A DNA stretch of 64,000 nt from Eledone cirrhosa (Eukaryota), in the NCBI GenBank assembly GCA_964016885.1, contig OZ024743.1, positions 35,154,001 to 35,218,000 on the forward strand, written 5' to 3'. Below are positions 1 to 13,407 of this stretch, one piece after another. The position numbers were made by a program, and so were the translations under genes. The notes beneath the pieces are model-generated. The model had not been told where the DNA came from. It made no database searches and worked only from the letters and a program-made list of their open reading frames with translations. Position 1 is the stretch's first letter. Each line of letters starts with the position of its first letter.

Positions 1-14
1 GCAGGAAATGCCAC

Positions 15-99
15 TTATTTATATATATATATATATATATGTGTGTGTATGTGTGTGCGAGTGTGTGTATTTATATGTATATATATAAAAAGGTGACGA

Positions 100-139
<40 letters not shown>

Positions 140-162
140 CCATACATACACACATACACACA

Positions 163-215
<53 letters not shown>

Positions 216-245
216 GCATGTGTGTATGTGTGTGTGTGTGTATGC
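15..245. repeat. (TA)n/(TG)n/(CA)n compound microsatellite
   Basis: Direct dinucleotide runs; the overlapping IYIY ORFs are artefacts. Confidence 0.95.
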
Positions 246-1081
246 ATGTGTGAACAAAGGGTAGAAGCGGAAATACCTGAGGGGAGTGTTTTGCATGATG
301 TGTACATATACAAATAGAGTCTTGCATTCTATATACTGCAAGTGAAAAGACTTCAATCATTTGAAATTATACCCATAGATTCAAGACCCAAACTCTCTTT
401 AAGAGTGGGTTTAAATCCAGAAAAGCAAGCGAGGGAGATAACTCCAACAGTCAAAATTAATCTAAATTTTTTGGAACATTTTTTACACAATTCAGAGGGA
501 GTGGATCAAAAATTATGTTTGTTGCTTTCACCAATTTGGCATTAAAACAAGGTCCACTCCCATTGTCTAGCCCTAGCAAAACAAAAGTTATTTCACTTCT
601 CTTCTATTTCTATCCCCACCTTCATAAACTACCATAGGAACCCTTATGTGGTGTCTTGGGCTGCTAGATACTGCAACCAAATTTTATTGAAATCACAATC
701 TACCATTTAAAAAAAGGGACCCTTTATATGATGTAGCCCAAGGTTCATAATACACGAAAAAAAAAAATGATTGGATGGCCATGGCTTGAATACTTTTGAT
801 CATATTTTGTTTGATCAAGTTGATTTGGAGCAGAACAACCGCAACAACAACAACCACAACAGCAACAACTTTCTACCTTCAGAATGGTAGCAAACTAAGG
901 TCATTCTTTCCAATCAAAAATGATTTGATAGCATATACCATGCTTTCCCTAATGATTTTATGTGCAGACACCAACAGTATTTTGGCCTTCTTCCTATTGA
1001 CTGAGCAGAACATTCAGGATGTAACTCCTAGAGGGAGAAAGGGCTGCACCAACACTTGACTTGTATTTTGTTTACTGATCT

Positions 1082-1308
1082 TTAATCTTTTAGCATTTAA
1101 ACTGGCCGTATCTGGCCAGAATTCTCTCACTTCTTTCTGTCCAAACCAGCTGTAATCAGTCACTCATACTGATGTTAAGGTATTGTTCTCAAAATAAATA
1201 ATACCAAAATTTCATAGATTCGATATTATAAGATAATTATGTGAGGTAAACCCTTTACTATGAAAATATAATAGTAAATATAGAGAAATGTAAATGCTAA
1301 ATGGTTAA
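1082..1308 (+). mobile_element. piggyBac-like MITE, family A
   Basis: TTAA-flanked, degenerate TIR (consensus CCCTTTAGCATTTA...TAAATGCTAAAGGG); homologous copies at 40062, 44649, 51257 and 61476. Confidence 0.8.
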
Positions 1309-1446
1309 AGAATGAAAGGCAAAGTAGACCTTGGTGAGATTTGATTACTTAGAGCAGGGAGACAGAACAAATATCCCAAAACATTCTATGCAAGGGTCTA
1401 ATGACTGTTGACTGCTTTTTCAAGAGGGTACTGAAGATAAAACATA

Positions 1447-2240
1447 TTGACTATGTTGTCACCTGGAGAAATTTCACAAAAACTTGAAAGTATCAGAAAC
1501 ACAACAGAGCAAAGTCAAACTGAAAGACAGATTGAAAATATGGATGAAAATATTTCTATTCATGAGCATAAAGATCAGATAGAACAAATAAAACAAGAAA
1601 TTTTCAATGAACTTGGAAAAATAAATTATATTAGTATGGGTGAAAGAGAGTCCTTGCAAAAATTGACAAGCAACAACCAGAAAAAAGACTCATAAATACT
1701 GAAAAATGAGGTTGCTAAAGCAATAATTGAAGAGATGAAGCCTGATACATCAGAACTGAATTTATTTAGATTTTATCACTTAGAGTAGAGAGACAGAACA
1801 AATATCCAAAAATATTCTATCCAAGGGTCTAATGACTGTTAACTGCTTTTTCAGAACGATACTAAAAATAAAACGTCACCAGGAGAAATTTCAGAAAAAT
1901 TTGAAAGTATCAGAAACACAACAGATCAGAGTTAAGCTGAAAGGAAATATGTGTTAAGGAAAAAGCAAAAAGAACACAACACTCACAACACTCACAAATC
2001 TCACTGGAAGATAAAAATTGAGAAAGAAATTGAAATGATGAGTCCCAAAATAAATAGGTGCTCTGGGAACGATAAAAAACCTCCCAAGACTTATAAATAT
2101 ATACAGCATTCAGAAAATAGCACTACTAGGCAATGCACACATATTACGAAGAGTGTTCTCAATACAGTAGAAATAACAACATCCAAAACAACATTGTACA
2201 TTCCCAAGCCACACAGAGCTGTTCTTGGTAATGCATGAGT
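1447..2240 (+). mobile_element. Internally deleted R4/Dong-clade non-LTR retrotransposon remnant
   Basis: N-terminal-like motifs (ERESLQKL; NEVAKAIIEEMKPDTSELNL; KSHWKIKIEKEIE) followed at 2054-2170 by IGALGTIKNLPRLINIYSIQKIALLGNAHILRRVFSIQ*, matching the R4/Dong C-terminus after the restriction-like endonuclease. Confidence 0.7.
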
Positions 2241-2544
2241 ATACGCAATAGAAATTAAGACTAATAATACTGGTACTTTATTTTATCAACCTCAGAATAA
2301 AACCATAACATTGTTTTATAGAATAATTCTTTTTACAAGACACTACTTAGAATGGCTGACTGAAATGGTTGGCAACTTCCACTTGCAATGTCATTTTCGA
2401 ATTTCTGCAGAAAAAAACTTAATTTATTCTTCTATACCAGTTGCAATAGCAGTTGGAGAAGGTCTGGAGAAAATTAACAAAATATATTTTCAAATAAAAT
2501 CAACCTTAGTACACTACTGGTGTTTATTTTCAGTTGATAATAAT

Positions 2545-2762
2545 AATGGTTTCTTATATAGGCACAAGGCCAGCAATTTTGGGGGAAGGAAAAGTCGATT
2601 AAATCAACCCCAGTGTGTGACTGGTACTTTATTTTATCGACTCCGCAAGGATGAAAGGCAAAGTTAACCTCGGCAGGATTTGAACTCAGACTTTAAAGGA
2701 CCGTAACTCTATGCTCCAAAGCATGGTATCCGACTCTCTACCGATACTGCCAATCCATCTTC
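2545..2762 (-). mobile_element. tRNA-derived SINE with Nin-type central domain (long variant)
   Basis: Minus strand has A-box TGGCAGTATCGG, B-box GAGTTCAAATCC, central GCCTTTCATCCT...GTCGATAAAATAAAGTACCAG and an (ATT)n tail; flanked by duplicated GTTGATAATAATAATG. Confidence 0.85.
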
Positions 2763-2769
2763 TTCTGTT

Positions 2770-2812
2770 GATAATAATAATGAAAATAATTGTGTACAGT
2801 GCTCAGGTGCAT
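2770..2812 (-). mobile_element. Extremely 5'-truncated CR1 3' tail
   Basis: Reverse complement of the GTGCACCTGAGCACTGTACACAAT...TTCATTATTATT end shared by the CR1 copies at 5300, 27030 and 34830. Confidence 0.7.
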
Positions 2813-4432
2813 GGGTCTAGTGGTTGATTTAAACAGGAACACTTTAAAATGAGAGATTTTTATACTGTGGTATCAGAGATGGTCTCAGACTGGTTGATGT
2901 TGAAAGGGTTTAAAGAAAAACCAGGTAAAGTTGACAAAGAGGATTTAATACATTATGTCTGTCCTTTGGTTTTCAAATATTTTTTTAAATAATCAAGAAC
3001 TTGGAGGGATTTAATAATATAACTTTCTTGCTCTTAAGTTTAGAACATAACAAAGGGATTTTCATAAAATTATGAAGGAAAGTTTTAGATAAATACAAAC
3101 AACCTCCTCCTCCTCCTCATTATCATCATCATCATCATCATCATCATGATCATCATCATTCAACATCTGTTTTTCATTAAGTTGGTGTTTGGAAAATAAC
3201 TTAACAAAGGATCTTACATTAAATTATGAAAGAAAGCTTTTTAGATAAATATTAACATTATTATTAGCATCATCATCATCATCATGTAACGTTTGTTTTC
3301 CATTATTAAGTTAGTGTTTGGAGCCTAACTTAACAAAGGACCTTAAGTAAAATAATGAAAGGAAGTTTTTAGATAGACATAAATACTTTACAACAAACAG
3401 CTTTCTTAACTGAGAACCAAGTATGCAGTTTCAAAAGGGTTAACATAATTTTAAATAAAAAAACTAGCAACATTACTTACAGCAATGTACAGCAAAGTTA
3501 AAGAGGTTGTAAGCTCAGTCTTGCTAGCAGGTTATAGTCCACTTGACTGAAGGTCCAAACTTTGATATGCTTGACTAACAGCAAACAGTTCTCTTAAATA
3601 TATTTGTGTGGTGTGTCTCTGTATGTGTGTGTCAGTGAGTTAATATATATTAGAATATCTGTGTGTAGGAGTGTGTGAGTGTGTGTTTATGTGTGTATAT
3701 AAACATGCATATATATATATATACAATTATGCATACAGTCTTATTACAATTTTAAATTTATCACCCTAATTACTAGGCCTCACACACACACGTGTGAGCA
3801 ATGCTAGGTCACCTGACCTAGCATTGCCCACAACAGGACAACTCGTCTAACCCATGATAGTGTGGAAAATGGACATAAAATGATGATACATACATACATA
3901 CATGCATAAATATACTCACACATGTGTCTGTGTGTGTGTGTGTGTGAGTGTGTGAGTGTGTGTGTGTGCATGTGTGTATGTGAGGCCTAGTAATTAGGAT
4001 GATGAATTTAAGATTGTAATGTCATGGGTTGGATTCTTGGGCTGGTGAGTAAAATACTTAATTTCACATTGCTCCAGTACGGACAGCTGAAAATGAATAC
4101 CAGCTCTTGCAATTGACTTGATGCTAATGAATTCCTGATAAACACCGAACTGAGGAGGCTCCGGGCTTGGGTTAGACTAACATATATATATATATATCTG
4201 CGAGATAGACCTATATGAGTGAGACACGGTCACCCGACCAACCTTGCCTCAAGTGGGACAACTCCCGTCTAACCCATGCTAGCGTGGAAGATGGACGTTA
4301 AACGATGATGATGATGATGATGATGATGATGATATATATGGAGAGAGAATAACAAACCCCCAATATCAACGTGCACACACACACACATATATATATATGT
4401 GTGTGTGTGTATGTGTGAGTGTGTACATGTGA

Positions 4433-4484
<52 letters not shown>

Positions 4485-4684
4485 AGGGTAAACATTGATG
4501 CAATTCAATTCAAGCACTCAATGTACTTTTTCCACATAGGAGTGACGGAGTAAATATCGAATAAGGAAAAGCGAAGTAGTTTCAGATGTTCAAGTCCTTT
4601 AATAATAATGCTGTGATATATATTTCAGTGATGACACTGGCCACACTGTTCTGTGTGCGAGTGTCGTGACAGCATCAGACAACG

Positions 4685-5342
4685 AGGCACGTCTCTAAAA
4701 TTGTCAAGAGGGCCGAGGGTGTCTTAGCATCACTCAGCAAGACCTTTGTCAGCCGCTCTCCAGATATCTATTTAAGGCTGTATACAGCTATGGTGCGACC
4801 ACACTTAGAATTTGCATCACCAGTCTGGAACCCCTATCTTGCTCAGGACATTGACCGCCTGGAAACTGTTCAGAGACGTGCAACCAAGCGAATACCCTCC
4901 ATCAGGCATCTACCATACTCTGATCGCCTTGCTTCCCTGGGCATGGATTCATTGAAGCTCCGACGCCTGGCAACTGACTTGGTAAACACCCACAAAATTG
5001 TTAACCATGTTGCCAACAACAACCCTGAGTGCCTTTTCGATTTCCATGTGTCTAACACACGTGGACATGCCCACAAAGTAAGAAAACAGCACAGTTCCCA
5101 TGACTTTCGGAAACATTTTTTCACGCTCAGAGTTGCTGAAGCATGGAACAAACTACCTGCATCAGTTGTTAGCTGTCGAGACGCTGCATCCTTTAAGGCC
5201 TCCATGCTTCCCGAGATCCGCCAACACTACAGCTAACACATACAAACATGTACTTCCCTGGCATTTGTGTATTATTCTATGTACTATATTGACGAGTTGT
5301 AGTGCACCTGAGCACTTTACACAATAATTTCATTATTATAAT
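4685..5342 (+). mobile_element. 5'-truncated CR1 LINE (ORF2 C-terminus + 3'UTR), subfamily ending IRQHYS
   Basis: ORF 4790-5236 homologous to the C-terminus of 24022-26787; near-identical to the copy at 34053; CR1 tail with ATT repeats. Confidence 0.92.
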
Positions 5343-5547
5343 AAGGTTATGTTTCCGAGGCAATCCAAATTGGATCAACATGGGAACGGATGAATTGCGT
5401 GTTTTGGGGTTTTTCATCCACTCCCTTGTGAGTACCAATTCATCCCCACCTGCCTGCGCAAGCGCATGTCCGAAGGAAGTTGACTATTAGCCACCGCAGA
5501 TTTCAACGAAATTCGCTTAGTCAGTTCACCCTCTCAGCCAAAACAAT

Positions 5548-5955
5548 GAGTTTGGAATTTATTCTCTAGTTCTACCATAGATTCAGCTATGAGTGCGAGG
5601 TCATCAGCATACAGGAGTTCCCATGGGCATCCGGTCTTAAACTCCTCCGTTATTGCCTGCAGGACTATGATGAACAGGAGGGGGCTAAGAACAGAGCCCT
5701 GGTGGACCCCAACCTGTACGCTAAATTCCTCGCTATACTCATTGCTAATCCTAACTTTGCTGACTGCTCCCCTATACATGGCTTGTACCGCTTTCACAAG
5801 CCATTCATCTACTCCTAGTTTTCTAAGAGCCCACCAGATTACAGCACGTGGAACTCTGTCAAAGGCTTTCTCAAGGTCGATAAATGCCAAGTAGAGTGGC
5901 TTACTTTTAGCTAGGTACTTTTCCTGTAACTGCCTCACAAGGAAGAGGGCATCAT
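5548..5955 (-). mobile_element. RTE-clade LINE reverse transcriptase fragment
   Basis: LAFIDLEKAFDRVPR, GVHQGSVLSPLLF and ELLYADDL motifs. Confidence 0.9.
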
Positions 5956-6017
5956 ATATATATTTGATATATATTTATCCTTTTGGATTTTAGTCTTCTA
6001 ATTTATTATTATTACTA

Positions 6018-6508
6018 TAATACACCCCATCCCACTACCTGCACCCCATCCACACCACCCCCTTAAATGTGAAGTTATGTTGGTACCACAACATCCAGTC
6101 CGAAATAAATGAGGTCGTGTAGGTGTCACGACAAAAAAACACACAGTCCACGCTGTAATGTGGCCGTGTAGGTAACACGGTAAAAACCTCCCAGTACACA
6201 CTGTAAACGTGGTTGGTGTTGGGAAGGGCACCCAGCTGTAGAAAACCCGCCAGACGTGTAGGTATCACGACAAAAAACACACAGTCCACGCTGTAATGTG
6301 GCCGTGTAGGTAACACAGTAAAAACCTTCCAGTCCCCACTGTAAATGTGGTTGGTGTTAGGAAGGGCATCCAGCCGTAGAAAACCCGCCAGACAGTTCTA
6401 TACGAGCAGGACAACCAAACTTGCCTCAAGCAGGAAAACTCCCGTCCAGACCCATGCTAGCGTGGAAGATGGACGTTAAACGATGATGATGATGATGATG
6501 ATGATGAT
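6018..6508 (+). mobile_element. RTE 3'UTR/tail with internal duplication, ending in (GAT)n
   Basis: Matches the 3'UTR attached to the RTE ORF end at 10650-11005; GGAAGGGCATCCAGC and CCCATGCTAGCGTGGAAGATGGACGTTAAACGATGAT; ~125-bp internal duplication (6115-6255 vs 6255-6390). Confidence 0.85.
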
Positions 6509-6517
6509 ATATATAAA

Positions 6518-7160
<643 letters not shown>

Positions 7161-8094
7161 GTTATTTGTACTATGTGTGTATGGAGGAACAAGAGAGCTG
7201 AGTAGATAAAATATTAAGTTATTAAGATAGTAACTCCTTGAGTTACGACTTCAAATCCACTTGAAGTATTTCATTATGTTTCTTGTCAGAGCCCTTTATT
7301 CTACAAAGCCATCTAGTGTAGGTAACAGTCTATCTGTAGAAATTAAAGCTGAATATCAACCTTATCATTTTCATTAATCTCACTACTTGAGGTGGGCCTC
7401 CAAATGTCATACGCACTTCTTTCTTCCTCTAAGGACTAGTATATAAAATAAAGGAAAAAAAGAATGAACAAATAAGGCAACCTTTATGTAGTTGTTTGAC
7501 CTGCTAGTAATAGCAACCGAATTTCAAATACATCTTACATTCTTAAAAAATGGAAGGGGGCTCTAAATAATGTAGTCATGGTTACATTTTACCTTTTACC
7601 TTTAACCTTATGATTTTCAAATAATTTTGAAAATGATCAAGTATTTAGAAGGATTTAGTAATATAAGTAACTTTCTCATTAATGTAGTGTTTGGAACATA
7701 ACTTAATAAAGGTTCTTACATAAAAATATAATGAACTGTTTTTAAATAAATGTAAACACTTTAAAATATACATTCTTTATATTGTAGAATCAGGGGCTGA
7801 TATAGGCATTTTGGTATATTAAAGGGGTTAAAATAAAGATGACATGGTCATGGCTGGAATACCTTTTATCATAGGTCTACTGAATCATGACTGACCAGAG
7901 GCTAACAACAATGATAATGTATACAAATACATACTAAAACACACACACACATGTGTGTGTTTATGTATCATCATCATCACCATCATCATCCTTTTATGTC
8001 TACTTTTCCATGTTTGCATGGATTGGAAGGCTTTTTTCCAGCACAGCCTCCTTCCACTAAATGCATTCCTTCATCATTTCCCCTGTGAGGTTAA

Positions 8095-9600
8095 ACATTA
8101 TAAGATCTGCTCACACCACTTCTGGCCAGTTCTTTGATCTTCCTCCTCTGCAGCTTCCTTCCACTTGGAACTCCTGGCACGTCTCCACCCAACAATCTTC
8201 ATCCATATGCATCCTATGTCCATAATAACACAGTCATCTCTTGCATGCAATATTTGATTCCTTTTATATCCAGTTTTTCTCTCAGTTCATCCATGCTTCA
8301 CTGATTATGCACATTAACATAACACATCAGAAGAAACCCCCATTGTTGCTTATTAGGTCACCTAAGTAACAGAAGCTATCAACTACTTGTATGTATGCAT
8401 GTGCTAGTGCCATGACAAAAAAGCACACATTCCATTCTGTAAGGCGTTTACATGGTACCATGACAAAAAGCACCCCATCCACTCTGTAAGGTGATAGTGC
8501 TGGTACCACAAAAAATATCCCCCACTATACACTGTAGGGTGGTTGGCCATAGGAAGGGCATGCAGCCATAGAAAAGCTGTCAATAAAGTGAGTGTAGGAA
8601 ATGAGTTTTGCGAGGAATTCAAGGTACAGGTAGAAGTGCATTAGGGCCTGTCCGCAACCCAATTCTTTTTATTGTAGTTCTCCAGGCCATAATAGAAGAC
8701 TGGTTGTTGATCATCTAGTTTTTGTAGCTGAATCTGTGGAAGAACTAAAGAAATTCTAGCTACGGAAACAGAGAATAGAATCAAATGAGCTCAGAGTAAA
8801 CTTGTCAAAAACCAAAGTTTTATTAAGTAAGAAAGAAGACAAGACCCTGATCTCATCAGAGAGATTGCCTTGCTTGATATGTAGAAAAGGAGTTGGCAGA
8901 AACTCTTTATGATGTACACAATGTAAATCTTGAGTACACAAGAGGTGTAGTGGGATAGCTGGCAGATTAACAGGAATATTAGATTTTAAATGTTGAAGAG
9001 ATACAGAGATAGTTGGTGGTCAAAACATCAGTGAAATAAACCTTTTCCAATCCATTCATAGACGTAGCTGATAGCTTTTGATATCTAAATGATTTGACTA
9101 ACAGTAGAGGAGGTTGCTCTGAGAGTATAATAGCTAGAATAAGAACAGGATAGAAAAGGTTCAGGAAGTTACTACCTTTGTTGACAACAAAAGCTTCTCT
9201 CTATGAACAAAAGTTCAGCACTATGATGCAGGTGGGATGTGGGATGCTGCACAGTAGTGAGACATGGGCAGTGGCTACAGAATATATGCAAAGGTTGGGG
9301 AGAAATGGAACATGTATGCTTCAATGGATGTGCAATGTTATGTTGCATGAACAACAAAACATAGATGAACTGAGAGAAAAACTGGGTGTAAAAAGAATCA
9401 GATGTAGTGTGCAAGAGAGAAGACTGTGATGGTATTGACATGTGATGTGCATAGATGATAATCGCTTGGTGAAGAAGTACCAAGAAATCCCAGTGGAAAG
9501 AAAATGCAGTTGAAAAGGACCATGGAAGACCTGGGTGGAGGTGGTGAGAGCTAATCTTAAATAGTTGAACCTCACAGAGGCAAATTATACAAATATAGAC
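8095..9600. mobile_element. Mosaic of decayed RTE fragments (8095-8390 minus; 8400-8580 3'UTR plus; 8585-9600 RT to C-terminus plus)
   Basis: Frameshifted EEFKVQV..GL, C..CRKGVG.NS, MLHSSETW and ELREKLG motifs homologous to the 11007-11790 copy. Confidence 0.75.
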
Positions 9601-9839
9601 TGCACAAGACTTTAGCCAAAGGAGAAAAATATAGAAAGGAGAGAAATAGTAAAACAGAAGAGAATAAGGCTGTTGATAAATACATATATATATCATCATC
9701 ATCGCTGTTTAATGTCCACCTTCTATGCTAACATGGGTTATATGGGTTGTCTCATTTCAGGCAGGTTGGGTCAGGTGCCCGTAGCCTGCTCATACAGAAC
9801 TGTTTCTGGCTAGATTTCTACAGCTGGATATGTCTATAA

Positions 9840-10014
9840 AACATTTTTTCCAATTCCGCCCTGCCCGTCCATTCAATCTTTCTAATTTCTCATTCTTTCT
9901 TCTGGTGAAGGACTAGCATCCAAAATATTTAAGACCCTCTTCCTGCTATTTCAAGCGTTAACCTAATATGTTCCTTCCATATACTGTACCAATTGTGTTG
10001 TTATTTCTGTTTAC

Positions 10015-10020
<6 letters not shown>
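9840..10020 (+). mobile_element. Short Penelope-type non-autonomous element with degenerate hammerhead motif
   Basis: TCTT-CTGGTGA-A-GGA-ctagca-TCC-AAAA-tat-TT-AAGA at 9898-9934 follows type I hammerhead order with two core changes; related minus-strand copies at ~12900-13010 and ~13725-13830; ends in (TA)n. Confidence 0.5.
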
Positions 10021-10052
<32 letters not shown>

Positions 10053-10054
<2 letters not shown>

Positions 10055-10405
10055 GGAAAACGAAGAATCAGTGATGTATCAAAACACAATTTATTAACGT
10101 ATTACAATTGTTTCTCAGACGAACAACTCGAGGTGTGATCTATTTGTGGATCGAACCTGACAGAGGATTTGCTTCGAAGTCGCTAGACCTATCTGAGGAA
10201 CTTGCGAATCCAGACTCAAGTTCGATCCACAAACAGATCACACCTCGAGCTGTTCACTGGAGAAACAATTGTAATACGTTAATAAATTGTGTTTCGATAC
10301 ATCACTGATTCTTCGCTTACCAAATTATTATACTCTGCTCCGAAGGAGCATAGAGTGCTCAACTGGCATACCGCCTATGGAAGCATCCAAGCAACCTTAT
10401 CACAA
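10053..10405. mobile_element. Foldback element in (TA)n, probably Penelope pLTR-derived
   Basis: Inverted arms 10061-10156 / 10220-10315; GAAACAATTGTA followed by AATAAA in both arms. Confidence 0.6.
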
Positions 10406-10417
10406 ATATATATATAT

Positions 10418-11795
10418 CATCGTCATCATCATTATCATCGTTTACCATCTATCTTCCACGCTAGCATGGGTTTAGACGGGAATTGTCCCACTTGAGGCAA
10501 GATTGATTGTCTTGCTCATATAGGACTGTCTGGCAGGTTTTCTTCGGCTGGGTGCCCTTCCTAAAAGCAAGTTTACAGTTCCCGTCCCACCCTTGCAAGC
10601 AGGGAAAAGTGGACGTAAAATGAAATGAAATGAAAAAATATATATATACACATCATCATCATCATCATCATCAACGTTTAACGTCCGTGTTCCACGCTTG
10701 CATGGGTTTGGACGGGGGTAGTCCCACTTGAGGCAAGAGTGATTGTCTTGCTCGCATAGGACTGTCTGGCAGGTTTTCTACAGTTGGATGCCCTTCCTAA
10801 CACCAACCACATTTACAGTGTGGGTCTGGGAGGTTTTTACCGTGTTGCCTACACGGCCACATTACAGCGTGGACTATGTGTTTTTTTGTCGTGACACCTA
10901 CACGATCTCATTTGTTTCGGCCTGGATGGCGCGGCATCAACATAACTTTACATAGGACGGGGTGGTGTGGATGGGTGGGGGTGTTGGCGGGACGGGGTGT
11001 ATTTTGTTAGAGATGCCTACTGGCAAGGCGGGTCTTCTCTGTTACTGAGTACCGCCAAAGGTCTCGGTCCAGTGACATTGTCTTGGAGAGGTGTAAGTGT
11101 GTGAGGTCGGAGTTTATCAGCTCGTCCCAGGTTTTTCTAGGTCTGCCTATTCCGTGGCTACCGTCTATCTTTATTGCCCTGCACTTTGTTATACAGCTAT
11201 CGTCTTTCATGCGCATCACGTGTCCATACCAACGTAGCCTTCTCTCGAGTAAACAACATCTGATCCCTCTTATCTCTAATTTTTTCCTTAGTTCGTTTAT
11301 GCTTTGCCGTTCACATATATTACTGTTACACATCCAGCAGAGCATGCAAGCTTCGTTCCTCTCTAGTCTGCGTATATCCTCTGCACACAATGCCCAGGTC
11401 TCACTGCCATGCAACATTGCTGTTCGTATGCAGGCATCGTACAACCTGCCTTTCATTTTTAGGGAGAACCCTTTAGCAGCTAATAGTGGTATAAGCTCTC
11501 TGAACTTTTTCCAACCAGTTCTGACTCTAGCTACAGTACTTTCAGATTACCCTCCCCCACTGCTGATTTTATCGCCCAGGTAACGGAAGCTGTCCACTAT
11601 TTCTATAGAACCCTCTGCGCAATTGAAAGGGCTAGTATTTTGTGGGCACTTGCTGCTACTTATTGCACCAGAACACCGGCCACATGTAAAATCTATGTTC
11701 TTAGTTAGCTTACCTGTGATCCCACTACATCTTTTATGCACCCATACTTTGCATTTAGGACATAAAATGGAGTTTCTACCTACGCCTTTCCTACA
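10418..11795 (-). mobile_element. RTE LINE 3' portion (C-terminal ORF 11007-11790, 3'UTR, tandem (GAT)n tails)
   Basis: CACVCRKGVGRNSILC..CKVWVHKRCSG, AMLHGSETW, RRLRWYGHVMR and GRPRKTW motifs; tails at ~10420, ~10620 and ~10650. Confidence 0.9.
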
Positions 11796-12482
11796 CACAC
11801 ACGCAAATAAACATCCACACATGCTTCTGTGTGTCTGTATTTATATGTGTGCATATCTGTTATAATACAGAAATGTACAGCAAATGGCAAAGAACAAAAA
11901 CAAAATAAAAAGCATTTAAAGAAAAAACTTTTAATATATCTGCAGAAAATAATCCCAGGGTCAAAAGGTAAAGGTCAAGTTCAAAGATTGCTACACTTGA
12001 AAGAAAAGGCAGAAAAGTAATTTCACTGTGATTAATAATAATATAATGAAAAAAATTCAAACTAGTAAAACTCATTCGCTACCATGTGTCTTGTTGTGTA
12101 TGTGTTGTCTATTTTCTGTTTATAGTGTATTGTGGTTCCTATTTACATGTTAACAATAATTCACAATTTCCAAGAAGATAGAAAACAAAAATATATTAAG
12201 GAAGAAAACTAAAGCAATAAAAAAAATACATCACATGTCATGTCTCCCCCATCCCATTCCCATGCCATGTCATAGAACTTTGTACTGTTGGGTCATTTCT
12301 ATATTTGCTTTTTGTTGTATATTGTTGTTGATTTTTTAATATATTCAAAAAATTTGATGTCATGACCTTTATACACATTAGCATCTCAGCTGAGATATTG
12401 ACTATTAATAAATAATATCTGAAAACTACACACACATCTATCTGTATATCCATCTATCTATCTATGTATATCTCTCTTTCTG

Positions 12483-12522
<40 letters not shown>

Positions 12523-12523
<1 letters not shown>

Positions 12524-12696
12524 GTTATTCCGGGTTGAATCGGAGGTAACCACAGTAAGTAAGGTACTCAATACATAGCAGAGTATAACAGTTTTATTAT
12601 AGATGAGATTCTACAGGACTAGAACTGTTTCATTCATTAGAAATCATCAGGAATGAAACAGTTCTAGTCCTGTAGAATCTCATCTATAATAAAACT
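12523..12696. mobile_element. Foldback element in (TA)n with hammerhead core remnant
   Basis: Perfect 46-bp arms 12590-12635 / 12651-12696; minus strand reads CTGATGA-tttctaatgaat-GAAACAGTT across the loop. Confidence 0.6.
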
Positions 12697-12710
12697 ATAT
12701 ATATATATAT

Positions 12711-12771
<61 letters not shown>

Positions 12772-12789
12772 CATATACACACACACACA

Positions 12790-12855
<66 letters not shown>

Positions 12856-13019
12856 ATATATATATACACACACATATGTATATATATATATGTATGATGA
12901 AGGTCAAAAAAGAAAGACAAACATGGAGAACAATTCAAAACATATTATTATGTTAATGCTTACAGGAAAAGTAAAAGAGTATCTTTAACATATTGGACAT
13001 TAATCCTTTATATATATAG

Positions 13020-13064
<45 letters not shown>

Positions 13065-13067
<3 letters not shown>

Positions 13068-13359
13068 CGATATTAACAAATGGAAACTATATTTATAAAA
13101 CCATTTTTATTTCATTATACATATTTCATTATACATATTTCAAGGACACCAAATTAAATTATGGTGTGCTTTCATCAGACAAAGCACACCATAATTTAAT
13201 TTGGTGTCCTTGAAATATGTATAATGAAATAAATATGGTTTTATAAATATAGTTTCCATTTGTTAATATCGTATGTTTACTCCAAATTACTTGTTGAGTG
13301 CTTTATATCAGTTATAAAAATATTTGCTTGTTGTATCCCAACAATTTAAATAGAACTTT

Positions 13360-13362
<3 letters not shown>
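13065..13362. mobile_element. Foldback element in (TA)n with hammerhead core
   Basis: Arms 13065-13172 / 13181-13274; minus strand CTGATGA-AAG-C-ACACCA-loop-TGGTGT-C-CTT-GAAATATGTA; non-foldback relative at 48290-48500. Confidence 0.65.

Positions 13363-13407
<45 letters not shown>

Noticed and set aside
5548-6508. Twin-priming inversion of one RTE copy
   Set aside because: About 60 bp of unrelated AT-rich sequence separates the opposed parts and no TSD is visible; independent fragments are equally likely.
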